Shown here piece after piece: positions 45,249 through 58,600 of a stretch of DNA of 64,000 bases (position 1 is the stretch's first letter; every line of letters starts with the position of its first letter). This DNA comes from Aplysia californica. Taxonomy: Eukaryota. Location: positions 326,347-390,346 of the forward strand of contig NW_004797359.1 in the NCBI RefSeq assembly GCF_000002075.1, given 5' to 3'. Under the pieces are notes generated by a model. That model was not told where the DNA came from. It made no database searches and saw only the letters and a list, made by a program, of their open reading frames with translations. A program made the translations under genes and the position numbers.

Positions 45249-45293
<45 letters not shown>
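45248..45293. repeat. (AAT)n microsatellite inside the Harbinger transposase remnant
   Basis: Seen directly in the sequence. Confidence 0.95.
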
Positions 45294-46486
45294 GGAGACG
45301 AAGCATTCACAATTAAACAATACCTGATGAAGCCCTTTTCAGCTAGAACACTAAATGAACAAAGGAGAGTCTATATAACTACAGGCATTCGCGTGCTCGA
45401 AGTTCAGTAGAGCGTGCCTTTTGGAATTTTAGCTTGTAAATTTGAAATTGCCTACAATGTATTTCAAAGGCCTGTGATAGTCGAACCAGAGAGTTGGTCG
45501 AACCCGACAAGGCCATTCTCATTACAAATGCAGCCGCGACTCTCCACAACTTCATTCCACGGCGAGATGGACATATGGTGGACAGGACATCTACACTTTC
45601 CCATGAGATCAGAGATCCAGTAACTGCAAATGGTCTACTCCCTCTTACAGCGAATGCCATCGGAGGTAGAATGTGCACTTTTTAAATTAACTCCAATGGG
45701 GCTGGAATGGCAAGGATGGCGTTGCTTTCAGAAACGTTCGTGCTTATAATGAGGCAAATGATAATTTCTGCTTTTTCTTGATTACGGGAGTTCATAACAT
45801 GATAACCGAATTAAATAGATGGATGGATGGATGAAAGGGTGGATGGATGGGTTTGAGTTAATGAATAAACTCACCAGCTGGTGGTTTCACTTGAGAATCA
45901 ATATCTTCCCACAGTTGTTTACGTTGGTCTCTGTTCTTGTAATCTTTATTGGTGGAGTCCCAAATGATGGGATGGCCCCTCACAAACTCTATAATAGATT
46001 TCTTATATTCATCCATTTTTAGCAGCACACTTGATAATGGGCAGGTCTATCTGTAGCCTATATCTACGCTTCAACAAGACAGTTTGCTAGCGCTCTTAGC
46101 ACAACTGTGCTCAACGCAGGGGCTGGCAAGACACGGCTCAAACAAAAAGAATCAGCATGCACATTCCTACCCTCACGTGAACACACGCTTTACAACGTGA
46201 CTAGCCTAGCGTGAGGCAACTGCGAGGAGTGCCGTAGGCTCAAATTATACTGAACACTTTTGCTTACACGCGTGACCCGTGTCTATTCACCCGCGTGACG
46301 TGTCGAATGACACCTCTCTGGTGACACTCTATGTGTGAGGCCGACCCAGAGTTATCTCCCTTTTGCCGACCTTAGAGTCGAGAAAAAAACCACACACACA
46401 CACAACCAGAGCAGGCGAGCGAGCGATTGAGATACAAAGATATAATATAGGGCCTAGAGTAGAGATAGACAGGCAGACAGACAGAT

Positions 46487-46540
<54 letters not shown>

Positions 46541-47348
46541 TATCGACAGAACGGGATGAACTGTTCGTTTATTAGATCCTGTATTCCCCTTTTAGTCAAC
46601 TACTCATGGGTGGATGGAGACGTAATATAGGAGCAACCCTTTGCCCACCACTGGGGTGGGACCAGAGAGAGAGATAGAGAGAGAGAGAGANNNNNNNNNN
46701 NNNNNNNNNNNNNNNNNNNNNNNNNNNNNNNNNNNNNNNNNNNNNNNNNNNNNNNNNNNNNNNNNNNNNNNNNNNNNNNNNNNNNNNNNNNNNNNNNNNN
46801 NNNNNNNNNNNNNNNNNNNNNNNNNNNNNNNNNNNNNNNNNNNNNNNNNNNNNNNNNNNNNNNNNNNNNNNNNNNNNNNNNNNNNNNNNNNNNNNNNNNN
46901 NNNNNNNNNNNNNNNNNNNNNNNNNNNNNNNNNNNNNNNNNNNNNNNNNNNNNNNNNNNNNNNNNNNNNNNNNNNNNNNNNNNNNNNNNNNNNNNNNNNN
47001 NNNNNNNNNNNNNNNNNNNNNNNNNNNNNNNNNNNNNNNNNNNNNNNNNNNNNNNNNNNNNNNNNNNNNNNNNNNNNNNNNNNNNNNNNNNNNNNNNNNN
47101 NNNNNNNNNNNNNNNNNNNNNNNNNNNNNNNNNNNNNNNNNNNNNNNNNNNNNNNNNNNNNNNNNNNNNNNNNNNNNNNNNNNNNNNNNNNNNNNNNNNN
47201 NNNNNNNNNNNNNNNNNNNNNNNNNNNNNNNNNNNNNNNNNNNNNNNNNNNNNNNNNNNNNNNNNNNNNNNNNNNNNNNNNNNNNNNNNNNNNNNNNNNN
47301 NNNNNNNNNNNNNNNNNNNNNNNNNNNNNNNNNNNNNNNNNNNNNNNN

Positions 47349-47386
<38 letters not shown>

Positions 47387-47569
47387 GGAGGGGGGGGTGG
47401 CAGATGTATAAAATACCGTACGGATAAATAGACTAGGCAGATAGAATAGATCTCACATTTTTACTCTCTAGGAAGTGAACGACTGTAGTGACCAGGCATT
47501 ACCTGGTGAGTAACGAATTTATTTCACCTGAAATCTTATTCTTCTCAAACGTCTAACCCATCCCTTCAT

Positions 47570-47750
47570 CGCAAAGCGCTCCTCTCTCTGCCGACCCATG
47601 TGAATGTGTGGGCCTCCTTGTTCGTGTCCCCTGCGGCGTGAAGCGCGGCGGAGTGTGCAAAGGCGGACGGGGCTGAACGGGATCGCTCAGGCGTCGCCAT
47701 TTTCGCCATCTTGGAAAAGTTACTCCTCTTTGATACACAGTACTACGGGT
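47570..47750 (+). promoter_or_regulatory. CpG-rich putative promoter / first non-coding exon of the FLYWCH-ZnF gene, with tandem YY1-type motifs
   Basis: Local CpG enrichment; CGCCATTTT (47695) directly followed by CGCCATCTT (47704); candidate donor cgg|gtattg at 47749. Confidence 0.5.
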
Positions 47751-48406
47751 ATTGTTTTGAAAATAATGTGTGTATTATATTGATTTAAAATGGTTACTGT
47801 TGACATCAAAAGTATGGTTACTCTGGCAGGCAGTAGAACTTTATGCTGTTTCGCTGCCAGTTTGGAGAAGTCGCTTCTGCACTGGCAGTGCACTGGGGCA
47901 TCAACCCAACCAGGCGAAAGCTAGCCCAGTTGTTATTATTTTATTGTTGTTATCATTTGCTTGTTTTTGTTTCCTTTTGTTGTCGAGTCCATGCTCTATT
48001 TAGACAGGTTGCAAGAGTAGGCCTAATGCTGGAACCATTGAAGTTTGCCTAGATTCTAGATCTATACTTGTATGGCAAGGCCTTGACAAAACCAGGCCCC
48101 TTGCAATCTATTTTATGCATCATCTGGACTCTCGATTTGTAGATTTCAAGAGACTCTCGAGTGTTTGCACTTTCGTCTTGACTGTAGGCCTAAATGACCT
48201 GCCTTCCAAAAATTTAAAATGAATGGCTTTGTTTTTCTAGAGTTTGTAGGCCTAGAAATCTAGATCTAGACTAAATCTAGTCACATACTTTGCGCAGTAG
48301 TGTAGTTGGCAGGCAACGTTCATGGCGCCCTGAATGCAGTTTGCAGGCACTAGTGAGGTTACGTTCTCATGGCACTTTAAAGCTTCATTTAGGGGGAGCT
48401 TCCACT

Positions 48407-48826
48407 GCCGGTTTTAGATCTTGTCAGTGACGACAGTGATGTTATTTATTTGGACTGCGTCAAGCAGTCCATCCCATGAGCCATGAGATGAAGGCAGGAA
48501 AACGAAGCAGTGATCCTTGACGGATGGATAGAGACCATTCGTCGTTTTCCCTTACACTGAGCTCTAGCTCAGAGCTCGCCGGTGTAAGGGAAATCGACGA
48601 ACTCTCAATTACGCAATTTATGTAACGCTTTTGGATATGACAAAAATGTGTACACCTACCGAGGTGTTTCAATTGTCTCGTGTCCGGATGAGACTTGGAC
48701 GTGACCTTGTGTTAGTGCGTGACGGCCTGTGATAATATAATATTACGAGTCAAAACAAACGTTCCAACACTCTCGAGTTGATGAAAGCATGCTATTTTGT
48801 CTGCGGGCAGTGTGTGTGTGTGTGTA

Positions 48827-48869
<43 letters not shown>

Positions 48870-49842
48870 AGNNNNNNNNNNNNNNNNNNNNNNNNNNNNN
48901 NNNNNNNNNNNNNNNNNNNNNNNNNNNNNNNNNNNNNNNNNNNNNNNNNNNNNNNNNNNNNNNNNNNNNNNNNNNNNNNNNNNNNNNNNNNNNNNNNNNN
49001 NNNNNNNNNNNNNNNNNNNNNNNNNNNNCAGAAAGAAAGAGAGAGAGGTGTTTGTAAAAGTTTGTTAAAAATATTATTATAATATTATTAATAAATGGCC
49101 GCAGCTATTCGGACTTGAGTCCGAATAACCTTCCGTGGCGAGGCCTCTTCGGACTCAAACTCCATTGCGTGTGCGCTATCACTAGGTCACACCGGATGTG
49201 AAGCAGGCAAGCAATTCCACCTTGGCCTTCCTCGGTTTCTGGCCAAGGAACTTACAACAAATGGACGCCGACCGTGGTGACCCAGTGCGAACTGTGGTCT
49301 TTTCTTTACAAAGGATAAAATATATGAAGTGGCTAGCCGTACTTGTAAATGTTTTCATCCCTTTGTAGTCGAGAAACGCAGTGTAATGGCCTACTAGTAG
49401 TTCAAAGTCCGAATAGCTACGGAAGACTATTCGGACTCGAGTATAGAAGAACTCGCTTACGGTACAACCGGTGATTGCGCACACGCACTGGAATTTGAGT
49501 CCGAATAACCCCCAGCGGCTTTTCGGACTCGAGTCTGAATAGCACTTCGAAGAATAATTGTTAATTCCCGTCATTTTTTCTCTGTGTCAGTTACCAGGCT
49601 GACCCTGTACGATACAGTCATACACATTTTATGACCTTTCCCATCTTCTGAATCCCACCTTCTGTTTCCCATCACTCATCTCTTGTTTCTCATGTTACCG
49701 TATCCAATTTTCCATATTATACCCCATATCCGATCCTGACTAATTCTGTTAGGGCGCTTCCTTTTTATTTCATCTCATAGGATGGAACACTTGAAGCTGG
49801 CCAAAGTTTTGTATGTCACTGTCGTCACTGACTAAAACCGGC
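48407..49842. mobile_element. TIR element containing a nested palindromic MITE
   Basis: GCCGGTTTTAG...TCAGTGACGACAGTGA is mirrored by TCACTGTCGTCACTGACTAAAACCGGC. Confidence 0.6.
49104..49543. mobile_element. MITE built from TTCGGACTCGAGTCCGAA palindromes
   Basis: Motif or half-motif at 49107, 49148, 49406, 49428, 49496 and 49522. Confidence 0.6.
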
Positions 49843-50115
49843 TGACTTTTTAACTCTTTCCGGACGTATCTCCGATTCGGTGCAAGTCCACACCCCTGGC
49901 AGACGTATCGGCTATGAAGCGGTGCCTTAGTTTTGTTTCGTTTTAACATGATGCATTATTTACTTTTTATTGTTATTGAAAACTTGGAAAGTGGGATTAG
50001 GAAACGAAAACATCTAGTTTCACGTTGTCAAAGCGTCAGTCTGGCGAAAAACGTGTGAATTAATTCTTACGGTCTTGCATCAACAAAATGATCTAAAAGG
50101 GACTCAGTATAAATA

Positions 50116-51628
50116 CAGGACTTGAAATAGACCGCGGCACCGCGGCAATTTGCCTGCCTTGGTGCCTTTGCAATTTGCCGTAATGCCCTAAAAATCAAAG
50201 GGTCAACTGCGGCAATTTTTGCCGTGCCCTTGTATTTTTGTTTTTAAAAAATGTGCCACCATGAAAATAAATCACTATTTGTCCTGTGCTGTCACTTGTG
50301 GAAAAAAAAAAAGAAAAGAACGTTGTAAAAGCGTCTTGTCGGGTTCGCCACCGTGGCAGGTCAGTGAACCTGCGCGTATCACAACTTAATCAAAAGATTC
50401 GGCATCGTGTGAGCACCGGTTGTTGGGGTAACCAAAGTTCATTCAAAGTCTGAACACCGCGAATTATGGGGCTCCTAAATGGGGGGAATTATTGATTTAA
50501 ACATTTTTTTTAAGATACACTCATGGGAGGGCGGGGTATGGAGAAATCCTGTTAGACTTGTCTGAAATCTCATCAAAGCTTCAGTCAGACACTGCTCAGC
50601 TTGACAATTGTGTCCATTTTGTCATGTCTAGTGCAAACACACTCACAGCAATGATAGCCAAACATCAGCAGTGTCTGAAAAAAAAAAGAAGACTGCATAT
50701 GTGAGAGATGTGGCAAGAGATGTATCCCACAAATAGACGTCCTGATAAAACAACACACTATTCTCTAAAATTATCATTATCTTGTGATACTTTTTAAAAT
50801 CCCCCCCCCCCCCCCCATAAGGGACAGTCAGTAAGCCAGTCTTTTTCTATATTGTCTGATCTAGTCATAAGTTATAAAATGACATGCTGATTGTTATGGT
50901 CTTTTTATATATAACATATGTGTATTTTAAAACTTTTATTTTCAAAACTTGTTTTCATTTATATCATAGTTAGAACCTCACTCTGTTTAACTGCTGGACA
51001 GCAGTTTTTAGTTATTCATTCTTTTTTTTTTTCATATATATATAAGTTCATACGTTGTTTTCACTCCTCATTTTTTTTTCATACAAGTTCATACGTTGTT
51101 TTTATTTTATCACTACACTGCCTGTAAATCACTCTGTTTAAATCTCAAAAGATTAATGGCTTACCTAATTCAGTAATTGGTCATGTTATTTACTGTTTTC
51201 TATCGTGCCCTATTATCAACAGTCATATATTCATTCATATTAATCCAATCAATAAGAGCTAGAATCTAGTCAAAAAGACCTTTAAAAGTCAGATGCAATT
51301 TTGTGATCATTATTTGATTTAAAACTGTGATTTTTAGTGATTTTGTATTGGTGTGATTTTACTGTGATTTACTTAGTTTTCATTCATGATTTAAAAAATT
51401 TTCCTTTAACTATACTTTTGTAGAGAGCAAGAATATAAATTATATTGTTTTTTATATAAATGTTGTGAAGCACGATCCAGTATTACCAACTTTAAACTTT
51501 AATCAACAAAACGATCACCTATAATTTTTGCCTTTGGTGCCCTCGCAAATTGCCTCGGTGCCCTCTGATTTTTAGGCGCCACCGAGGCAATTTTTGCCTG
51601 CCCTCCTGAACACCTAATTCAAGCCCTG
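50116..51628. mobile_element. hAT-like non-autonomous element
   Basis: CAGGACTTGAA ... TTCAAGCCCTG termini; GGCAATTT(T)GCC/GTGCC subterminal repeats at both ends; TAAATA on both flanks. Confidence 0.65.
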
Positions 51629-51901
51629 TAAATATCATAATTTAATTTTTTTTTAAATGGGAATATGGAGGTTATATATTATGTGGCAATAATTTTGTTG
51701 TCCTCCTTTTTCACACTCTGGAATGTTTAGATTTTCCCTCTGTAGAGTATATTTTAAAATGAAGAAAAAAAGCCACTGAAACTGAAAGACCATTATTTTC
51801 TCTTTTGCAGCTCCAGCTTGTGTGTACATTTTAAATTGAAAAGATGATTGGATGAATGATTTCTTCAATTCAACTATTTCTGTGACTGAGAAACCTGCAA
51901 G

Positions 51902-52672
51902 ATGGATTTTGAGATGGAAAGTGCAGAAAACTTGACAAGGGATAATAATGATGCGTCTGTTGATCTAGAGTGGCAGGTAGACTCCGAATGGATTGATTTG
52001 TCAACTTCAGCAGCCTCTTCAGGTGCCAAGAGCAAAAAAGGCAGAAAATCTGGTGCATCGAAAGTTGATAAAAATGTGCCTCAAAATTGTCATTTTATTC
52101 CTACCAGCCAAGGATCACGTTTCTTAGTTGTTGAAAATCAAACCCTAAGATTGAGTAGAAGAAGTCCGTCTGGATACTCGTATTGGGTTTGTAGTATACC
52201 ATGCTGCAATGCACGTTGTGTACTTGATCCTGCCGAGAAGATCACGAGATACTCTGGGGAACACAACCATGACGCAGATGTAAGTCGTGCTGAGTACAAG
52301 ATCTTCATAAATGCCTTAAAACTGGCAGTGAAGGAAAACCCACACGTGAAACCCAAGGTTTTGTACGATGCTGAATTAGAGCGTGCAAGGGAACGATGGA
52401 AGAAAAGCAATAAAAATTATGGCAATGAAGATGAGCCCTGCCTGCCTAGCTTCGACACCGTGAGGACGGCCATGTACAACACAAGAAACGCTGTCTTGTC
52501 CTCCTTCTCTCTGAAAGCGGCTGGGGATGAAACTGTCCCAGTGGAGGCAGGGAAGAAAAGTCAGGCAGGTCCGAGCAGGTCGACTCGATCAAGTAACACA
52601 AAAGGAGGAACCAAGAGGAAATCTACATCTGCAAAAGCAGGGTCTACCAACTCAACAGATTTAGAGGAGTTG
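51902..52672 (+). CDS. FLYWCH exon (FLYWCH zinc finger plus MULE-transposase-like helical segment)
   Basis: Acceptor ttttgcag| at 51810; open 257 codons; TTG|gtaagt donor. Confidence 0.85.
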
Positions 52673-55600
52673 GTAAGTGTTTTTGTTCACTCCCCTTTCC
52701 CCCTTTCCTTCTTCTAATTTTATTTACACTATTCCTAATAGTCTCCGACGTCAGCTTGTGTAGCATTTAATTGAGCTGGACAATAGTAATATTTCCATTA
52801 ATACGATTAAAACAAAAAAATTGAATGTAATCACTTAGTGAACATGGAATCAAATCTATGTTCAGAGTTCGTATTTTAGGTGCTGCATAAATTTTATAAG
52901 GACAACAGCCAGTGAAGAATCAGGCAAATAATGTCTCTTTGTGCATGAATCTAAAACCACCTTCTAAAGATGACTATCACTGCTATCAAGTTTTGTGAGC
53001 CTTAAATATTTTCAAAAAAAGGAGTCGTCAGTCCCCTCCCCACACCAAAAAGAATAAAATATAGTCAGGTGTTTGCTGCAAAATTTGGTGTTTTGGGGGC
53101 AATTCTGATTTTGTGACTTGTTCACTGACTGCTTCAGCTATTTGCAGTTATACTTTTGTTCTGTGTTGGTTGTCATGCTGAATATGAACTTCTAATGGAT
53201 CAGTTTTATTTCAGGTTTCTATTTATTTAATATCATCATGCATTTTAGTACTGCTGTAGATACTCTCAAGAAGAGTTTAAGGTCTCATATTGTATTGCTT
53301 TCTTCAGGAATTGTTCACATGACTTCACCAGCTGGAATCCTTTGAAGTACAATAATTCATTTCTTGATTTGCAGAATTACTTTAAAAAAGTTTTATAATT
53401 TACTTTCCAAGGCAGGCCATGTCTTTCTCTGAAGCCTTTGACATGGACTCGTTAAGTCTTATCATTATGATTCATTTTCCAAAACAGGCCATGTCATTCC
53501 CTGGTCTTTAACTTTGACTCACAAACATATTGGGCACTGAGTAAAAAAGATTTTAAATTTCATTGTCACATTCACAGTATGAACAAGCTTATAAATTTTA
53601 TGCGATCTTTGCTCTATCTCAACAGTTCTGGAAGGGATTTTGTGTCAAATGTTGAATAAAAGGGCTGTGCGTTAATGGTATGAAATCATTCTTTCAATGA
53701 AAGAAATGGTTTATAATTCAGAGTACAAAAAGTTTTATAATTTGCTTTTATGTTATTGTTGAACTGAGGGATTTTGTCATGAAGTTTCACCAGATGTGAT
53801 GTCTGATGTCCTAAGGAGCTTGGTTTCCCAAAATTCGAACTCAGAAACGTCTGTTTTCCTAGAGTTACCTGAAGGGGTGCAGAAAATCTTCACATCATAC
53901 TGTCATGTATCTCTATATTCTTTAAATTTTTCATTGTCAGACGCTGTTAAATTGTGCCGTTTAAAAAAATCGGTAATATTTCGAAAGCAATGTAAAAACT
54001 GACATTTTTACACAAATTTTGTCTCTCTGCTTTGTTCAGTGTTATTTCTCACAGATTGTTTTATGATAGAGGGTCTGAATTGCACAATTTTCTGTCTCTG
54101 CCGTTGTTATCATTGTTCATTGTTGGTACCTCTTTTACAATACTTATTGTTTGAAGTTTGATGCTTATGGAAACGAGCAGTTGGAGGGCTTTGCTGTTGG
54201 ATTTTACTTCTTTTCTTTCCCCCTGTTGTTTCTGTCTACCTGTCCTACTCTTTCCCTTCCCTAAATGACTGTTATTGTTTGATGTGCTTCTCTTCACTCG
54301 ATCAAACAAACAATTACAAGGTGCACATGGGATGGTATAAAATATCCATATTTTTTATTGTTTATTCTTCATTGTTTCTCTTTTTCACATTGCCTTGCTC
54401 TATGTTAGCATTTTTATTTTGTTGTTCTCATCAGTCAGGACAACATACAGACTCTCCGTGTTGTTACAGCTTCATGGTGCTTCTTGAGCATTGCTGAAGA
54501 TTTTAACTCAATCTGTTTTTTGATTATAAAGTAACAAAGTTTTTTTGTGTGGCTATTTTATTTCTTTTCATTTTATGGGTTTGCTTTAACAGTAAATTAT
54601 ATATCACAGCATCCAGACATATTTAAGTATTTAACGATATTACTTTTTTTTAAAAAGCTTTGTAGTTGGACATCTTGGGGATAGTCTTTGTGGTCTCTGT
54701 CCTTTTCAGTTGAGAATAGCAATGTTCTTTGTTTTCTGAGTGTACTTTACAAAATATATTTTGCTTTGTTTCTGTCCAGAAGCATACATCTATGCTTTCT
54801 TTCCAGTGTTCCTGACATCTTTATCAATATCAGTGATTTTTTCTTCTCTTTTTTTTTCTTGTTTAGAAAAACGTTTTCTGATTTCATTTCATCAAAACAC
54901 AGTGATGTTGATAAGGTGATGACCACATTGTCATTGATCCTACACATACTCAAAAACATGATTGTGTTACAGTTGTTGGAGCAGGTTGTCAGAGACTGGG
55001 TTCACAGTGTGCCTCAAGTGACACTCCATATGAATGAATCATTTAGAGTTAATCAGACTTCCATGTCAAATTAATGAAAATTCTTAACAATAGTTTCTAC
55101 TTTGCAGTTCCCATCATGAACATATTATTCACTTTTGTTTTGTTACTCCTGTTAATCTTATTTTTGTGTCATGCACCCTTTTCTGTTTGACAGATGCTGG
55201 GAAATTTTGTCTTTCGGGTTTTTTAGGAGTTTATATTTTGGCACACTTCTTATTCAGTTTGGTGTATACATGCTCAGACTAAAAGATCTTTCACAATCGA
55301 AGGATTCAAGACTATCTTTACTTTTGTTATTTGTTAATCCAGATGTAGTGGAGTCTGCTCAAGCCAGCATCTGCACCACTTCGTTTTCCTCGGATTAGCC
55401 CCGTTTTTTTTTTTTTAAAGCATATTGCTTGAAATAGAAAAAAAATGAGAATGGATTTATTTTTCTTTCGGTTTACAGCTATTTTGAGGATTAAACATGT
55501 CCGAATTAAGCGGACTCCACTGCATATAGTCATATAGTTTAAGATAGTAAAATAATGATGAAGAAATTAAGACTGCTTGCAGTACTTACACATAACATGA

Positions 55601-58600
55601 GTTAAGGTAGGGATATTAAGGACCTGTATGCTTTGAAAAAAATCAGACCTTCTGTTTCATAGCACTCACATTTGCTTTTTTTGTATGATGTAATAATTGA
55701 GAACATTGCATGACCTTTTTAGCCTTTTGAATGTATTGATTTCATTTATATATTGTGTTTTTAATGGTTTTCCACCCTTTTGTTTTGATCTCGATAGAAA
55801 AAGGGTCTCTTTCTCTTGAGATTTTCTTTGCAAATTGTTTACTCCCCTTCCTGGTCTTGGATTTTGGAGTGGCTGTTTTCTTTTTCAGTTCTTGTCAGAT
55901 TATCTTAAGTTGTCAGTGGATTTATATTCTTTTTAAATCTTGTGTCTTAAATAATGGGCATCTTATCTTAGCTCCAATCTCTATTGGAAAAAAAGTAAAA
56001 AGGAGAAAAGTTTAGCAGACCAAATCTTTAAAATAATACTGCACCACAGGTCTCTATAAAGTTGTAGATTTTAATCGGATGTCAAGATTTTGGCTCACAC
56101 TCACTACAGGAAGCTAAAATAAATTTCTGTATGCAGGTGGGAATTCGCATGACTAGTTTTGACCGAAATTAGTCCTGTAGGTTGTATCACAGTCTTTTAA
56201 TCATAAAAAGGGACTCAGTAATTTTAAGTTTAAAAAAACAAAAAAACCCACATAAAAACTTCACTTTCTAAGATCTCGCTGTTTGAGAGATGGATTTTTT
56301 TCTTGTCAATACTATGAAAAAGCATTTTCATTTTATTTCAAGGGCTTGGGGGAAAGTGAACACAGAAGTTTGAAATGGATAAAAAGGCCAAAAAAATGGC
56401 TTGAGTACACCCTGGCCTACTTTGAATGGAACAAGCTGTAGGAAAATTCATTGAAAATTTGCTTTTGAGAATTAAAGATTTGTACCAAAAAAAAAAAAGA
56501 CGTATCTGGCTCTGCCAGTCATACTAAGGGCTGGGTCCAGGTCAGAAGATTAAAGCCTTTTTTTTTCATAAAACGAGGCTCTATTCTAAGAACCAAAGAG
56601 GGAATTTATGCATGTATGATTTGGAGGTTATAATTTGCTTTGCTCTTGTGTTTTGTTTGGTTTTATGTTCCTTTTTATTTGGTAGCTGCTCCTGAGATTT
56701 GTCTTGGTTCTTTTCACATCATGTGTGAATTTAGTGTCAAATCTGCCTTTTGCATGTCTGGATTCAGAGTAATTTGTTTGCTCCTCTGTTAGTGGCTATG
56801 TTGTCTTGTGTCTGCTTTTGTGCTTGTTAATCAATGTGGGCATGCTCTTATGCACCTATAAATTGTATCAGATCAATATCGGCCGTACATATGTAAACTG
56901 TGTGGCGTGGGTGGTTTGAGGGTGTGATATGTTGTAGGCCTTTCGTCTTCCTTTTATATGCAATTATCTGTCTGTCGTCTTCTTTTTTTTCTAGCACTTA
57001 AAGACCCTCATTGTGTCAGAGTGCATGTCTTTTTACTAAAAATGAGGCGAAAAACTTTTTTTGTATACAATATTCATATTTGGATGACAGCTGGCCACAT
57101 CATAAACGAGATGTAATTTTTTTCCGTTAATTTGTCTTCATTTTTCTCTTTCGTTAAACTGCTACAGTTGAGGATTGAAGGTGGGTACCTTCGTCTGTGT
57201 GACATGTATTGTTGTCAGTCTTTTCATGTTGCAGAGCAAATTATTCCTCCAAAATCATGAGTACATGTTTAGTTATGTCAACTTTTTGTAAAGCTTCCAT
57301 TGCTTTCATGTATTTATTGTACTTTTCTTCCAATTATAGTCATAGGTAGGACGTACGATAGTTTTGATAGAGTGAAAGTCATAGATAGGATGTGCGATAA
57401 TTTTGTTGAATACTTTAGTTTAAGGACAGCATTGTATCTTGGAACTGAAAAAAGACACCTTAACAAATAATAAAGAGGTTTTAAATGGAAGTGTCTTTGA
57501 AATTGGTATTTTTAGATTTGTAATAACTCATTTCTAATTAAATTAGGTCTTGAAAGTGTCAGTGAGAGTGAAACTTACGATTTTCAGTGAAATTTTAGTT
57601 GCTGGCTCATATTTTTTTGTAAACCTCAAAGTGCTTTTTCTTGCTTCCTTGTTAATCATATAGGAGGAAGAATGGTGCAATGAACCACACAAAGATGCTA
57701 ATTTAAGTGACTTTGAGGAGTGGCTAGAGGACGATGTCAATGCCAACATATCGTCGGTTGTTACCCCGAAGATCAAAGCCATTGAGCCCCAAGAAGAGGC
57801 GAGAATCATCATGCCGCTGATTGTGTCTCCACGGAAACAAGGCAAGGACCAGGAGCAACCGGCTGCCAAGAAGGCCAAGGTTGCAAAGGAAATGAATCTT
57901 GTCACAACTACGAGCGAAAGTGATGAGGTAACTTTTTGTTTTTTGTGTGTGGATGGTTGGCGGGTGCTCAGGTATGGTTTGCTCCTTCTTTCCTATCAAA
58001 CATCTGTCGTCCTTATCTCCCCTCCTTCTTTTTTATGTTTGTTACTCTCTTGTAACACCTCTAATCTTCTGGCGCTCATATGACCTTGCAGTTGCGAGCG
58101 CCGTAAAACCTCTACTAAGACAAACAAGTTTTTTGTGTTGTGCAGTGGGCTTCCTTTGGCCTGCTCCTTGCATTGTTGATGTACAATGTATGTCCTAAAA
58201 GACAAGCTGCTCTATATCGTGTATTGACTTTTGCTATACATCCAACTCGACTCTTATTGCATGAATTTGACAGACTGTTGAAAGTTTAAGGTAATAAGAG
58301 TGACATTCCCTGAAAGAGTAATTATTTCGGTTGACTTTTCAATGTATGTTTGAGTGGGTTTTAAATAAGGAAGGCTGGTAAGTGCAAGTTAGCAGAAAAA
58401 TGTCCGGCTCGAGGCTGGGAAAATATCTCATCAAGGACAGGTCAATGATATAAAAAGTGGACTGTGATGAAATTACTTCCACTTACCATTTTGGAAAGAA
58501 GATTGACAAACAGGTTAGTTTTTATTGTGAAATGGAAATTTTTTAAGATCAAGTTGTGGAGAACAGATTAGAAGTAGGTAATAAAATAATAGATAGCATT

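Larger units (their letters stand above)
42954..46346 (+). mobile_element. Decayed PIF/Harbinger transposon (transposase on +, MADF/BESS ORF on -)
   Basis: Transposase fragments GEFHRIYPSLR / FFNYLRMS (43060-43250), VGALDGKHI, VDCGQYGK.SD.GV, IGDEAF..KQYLMKPF, YNYRHSRAR.SVERAFGILA (44850-45700), frameshifted; right terminus ...GTGTGAGGCCGACC. Confidence 0.85.

Noticed and set aside
46641-47411. Long ORFs spanning N runs (also around 4315-4466, 27770-27900, 29931-30161 and 48872-49028)
   Set aside because: Artefacts of assembly gaps.
47553-47738. Minus-strand ORF or ATGGCG start in the CpG-rich region
   Set aside because: Short, no recognisable domain, no downstream minus-strand exons found; better explained as promoter YY1-type motifs.
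52673-57663. Possible extra cassette exons in the FLYWCH-gene intron (e.g. near 54973 and 55343)
   Set aside because: Acceptor-like sites exist but give short or out-of-phase peptides with no supporting donor or homology; needs RNA-seq.
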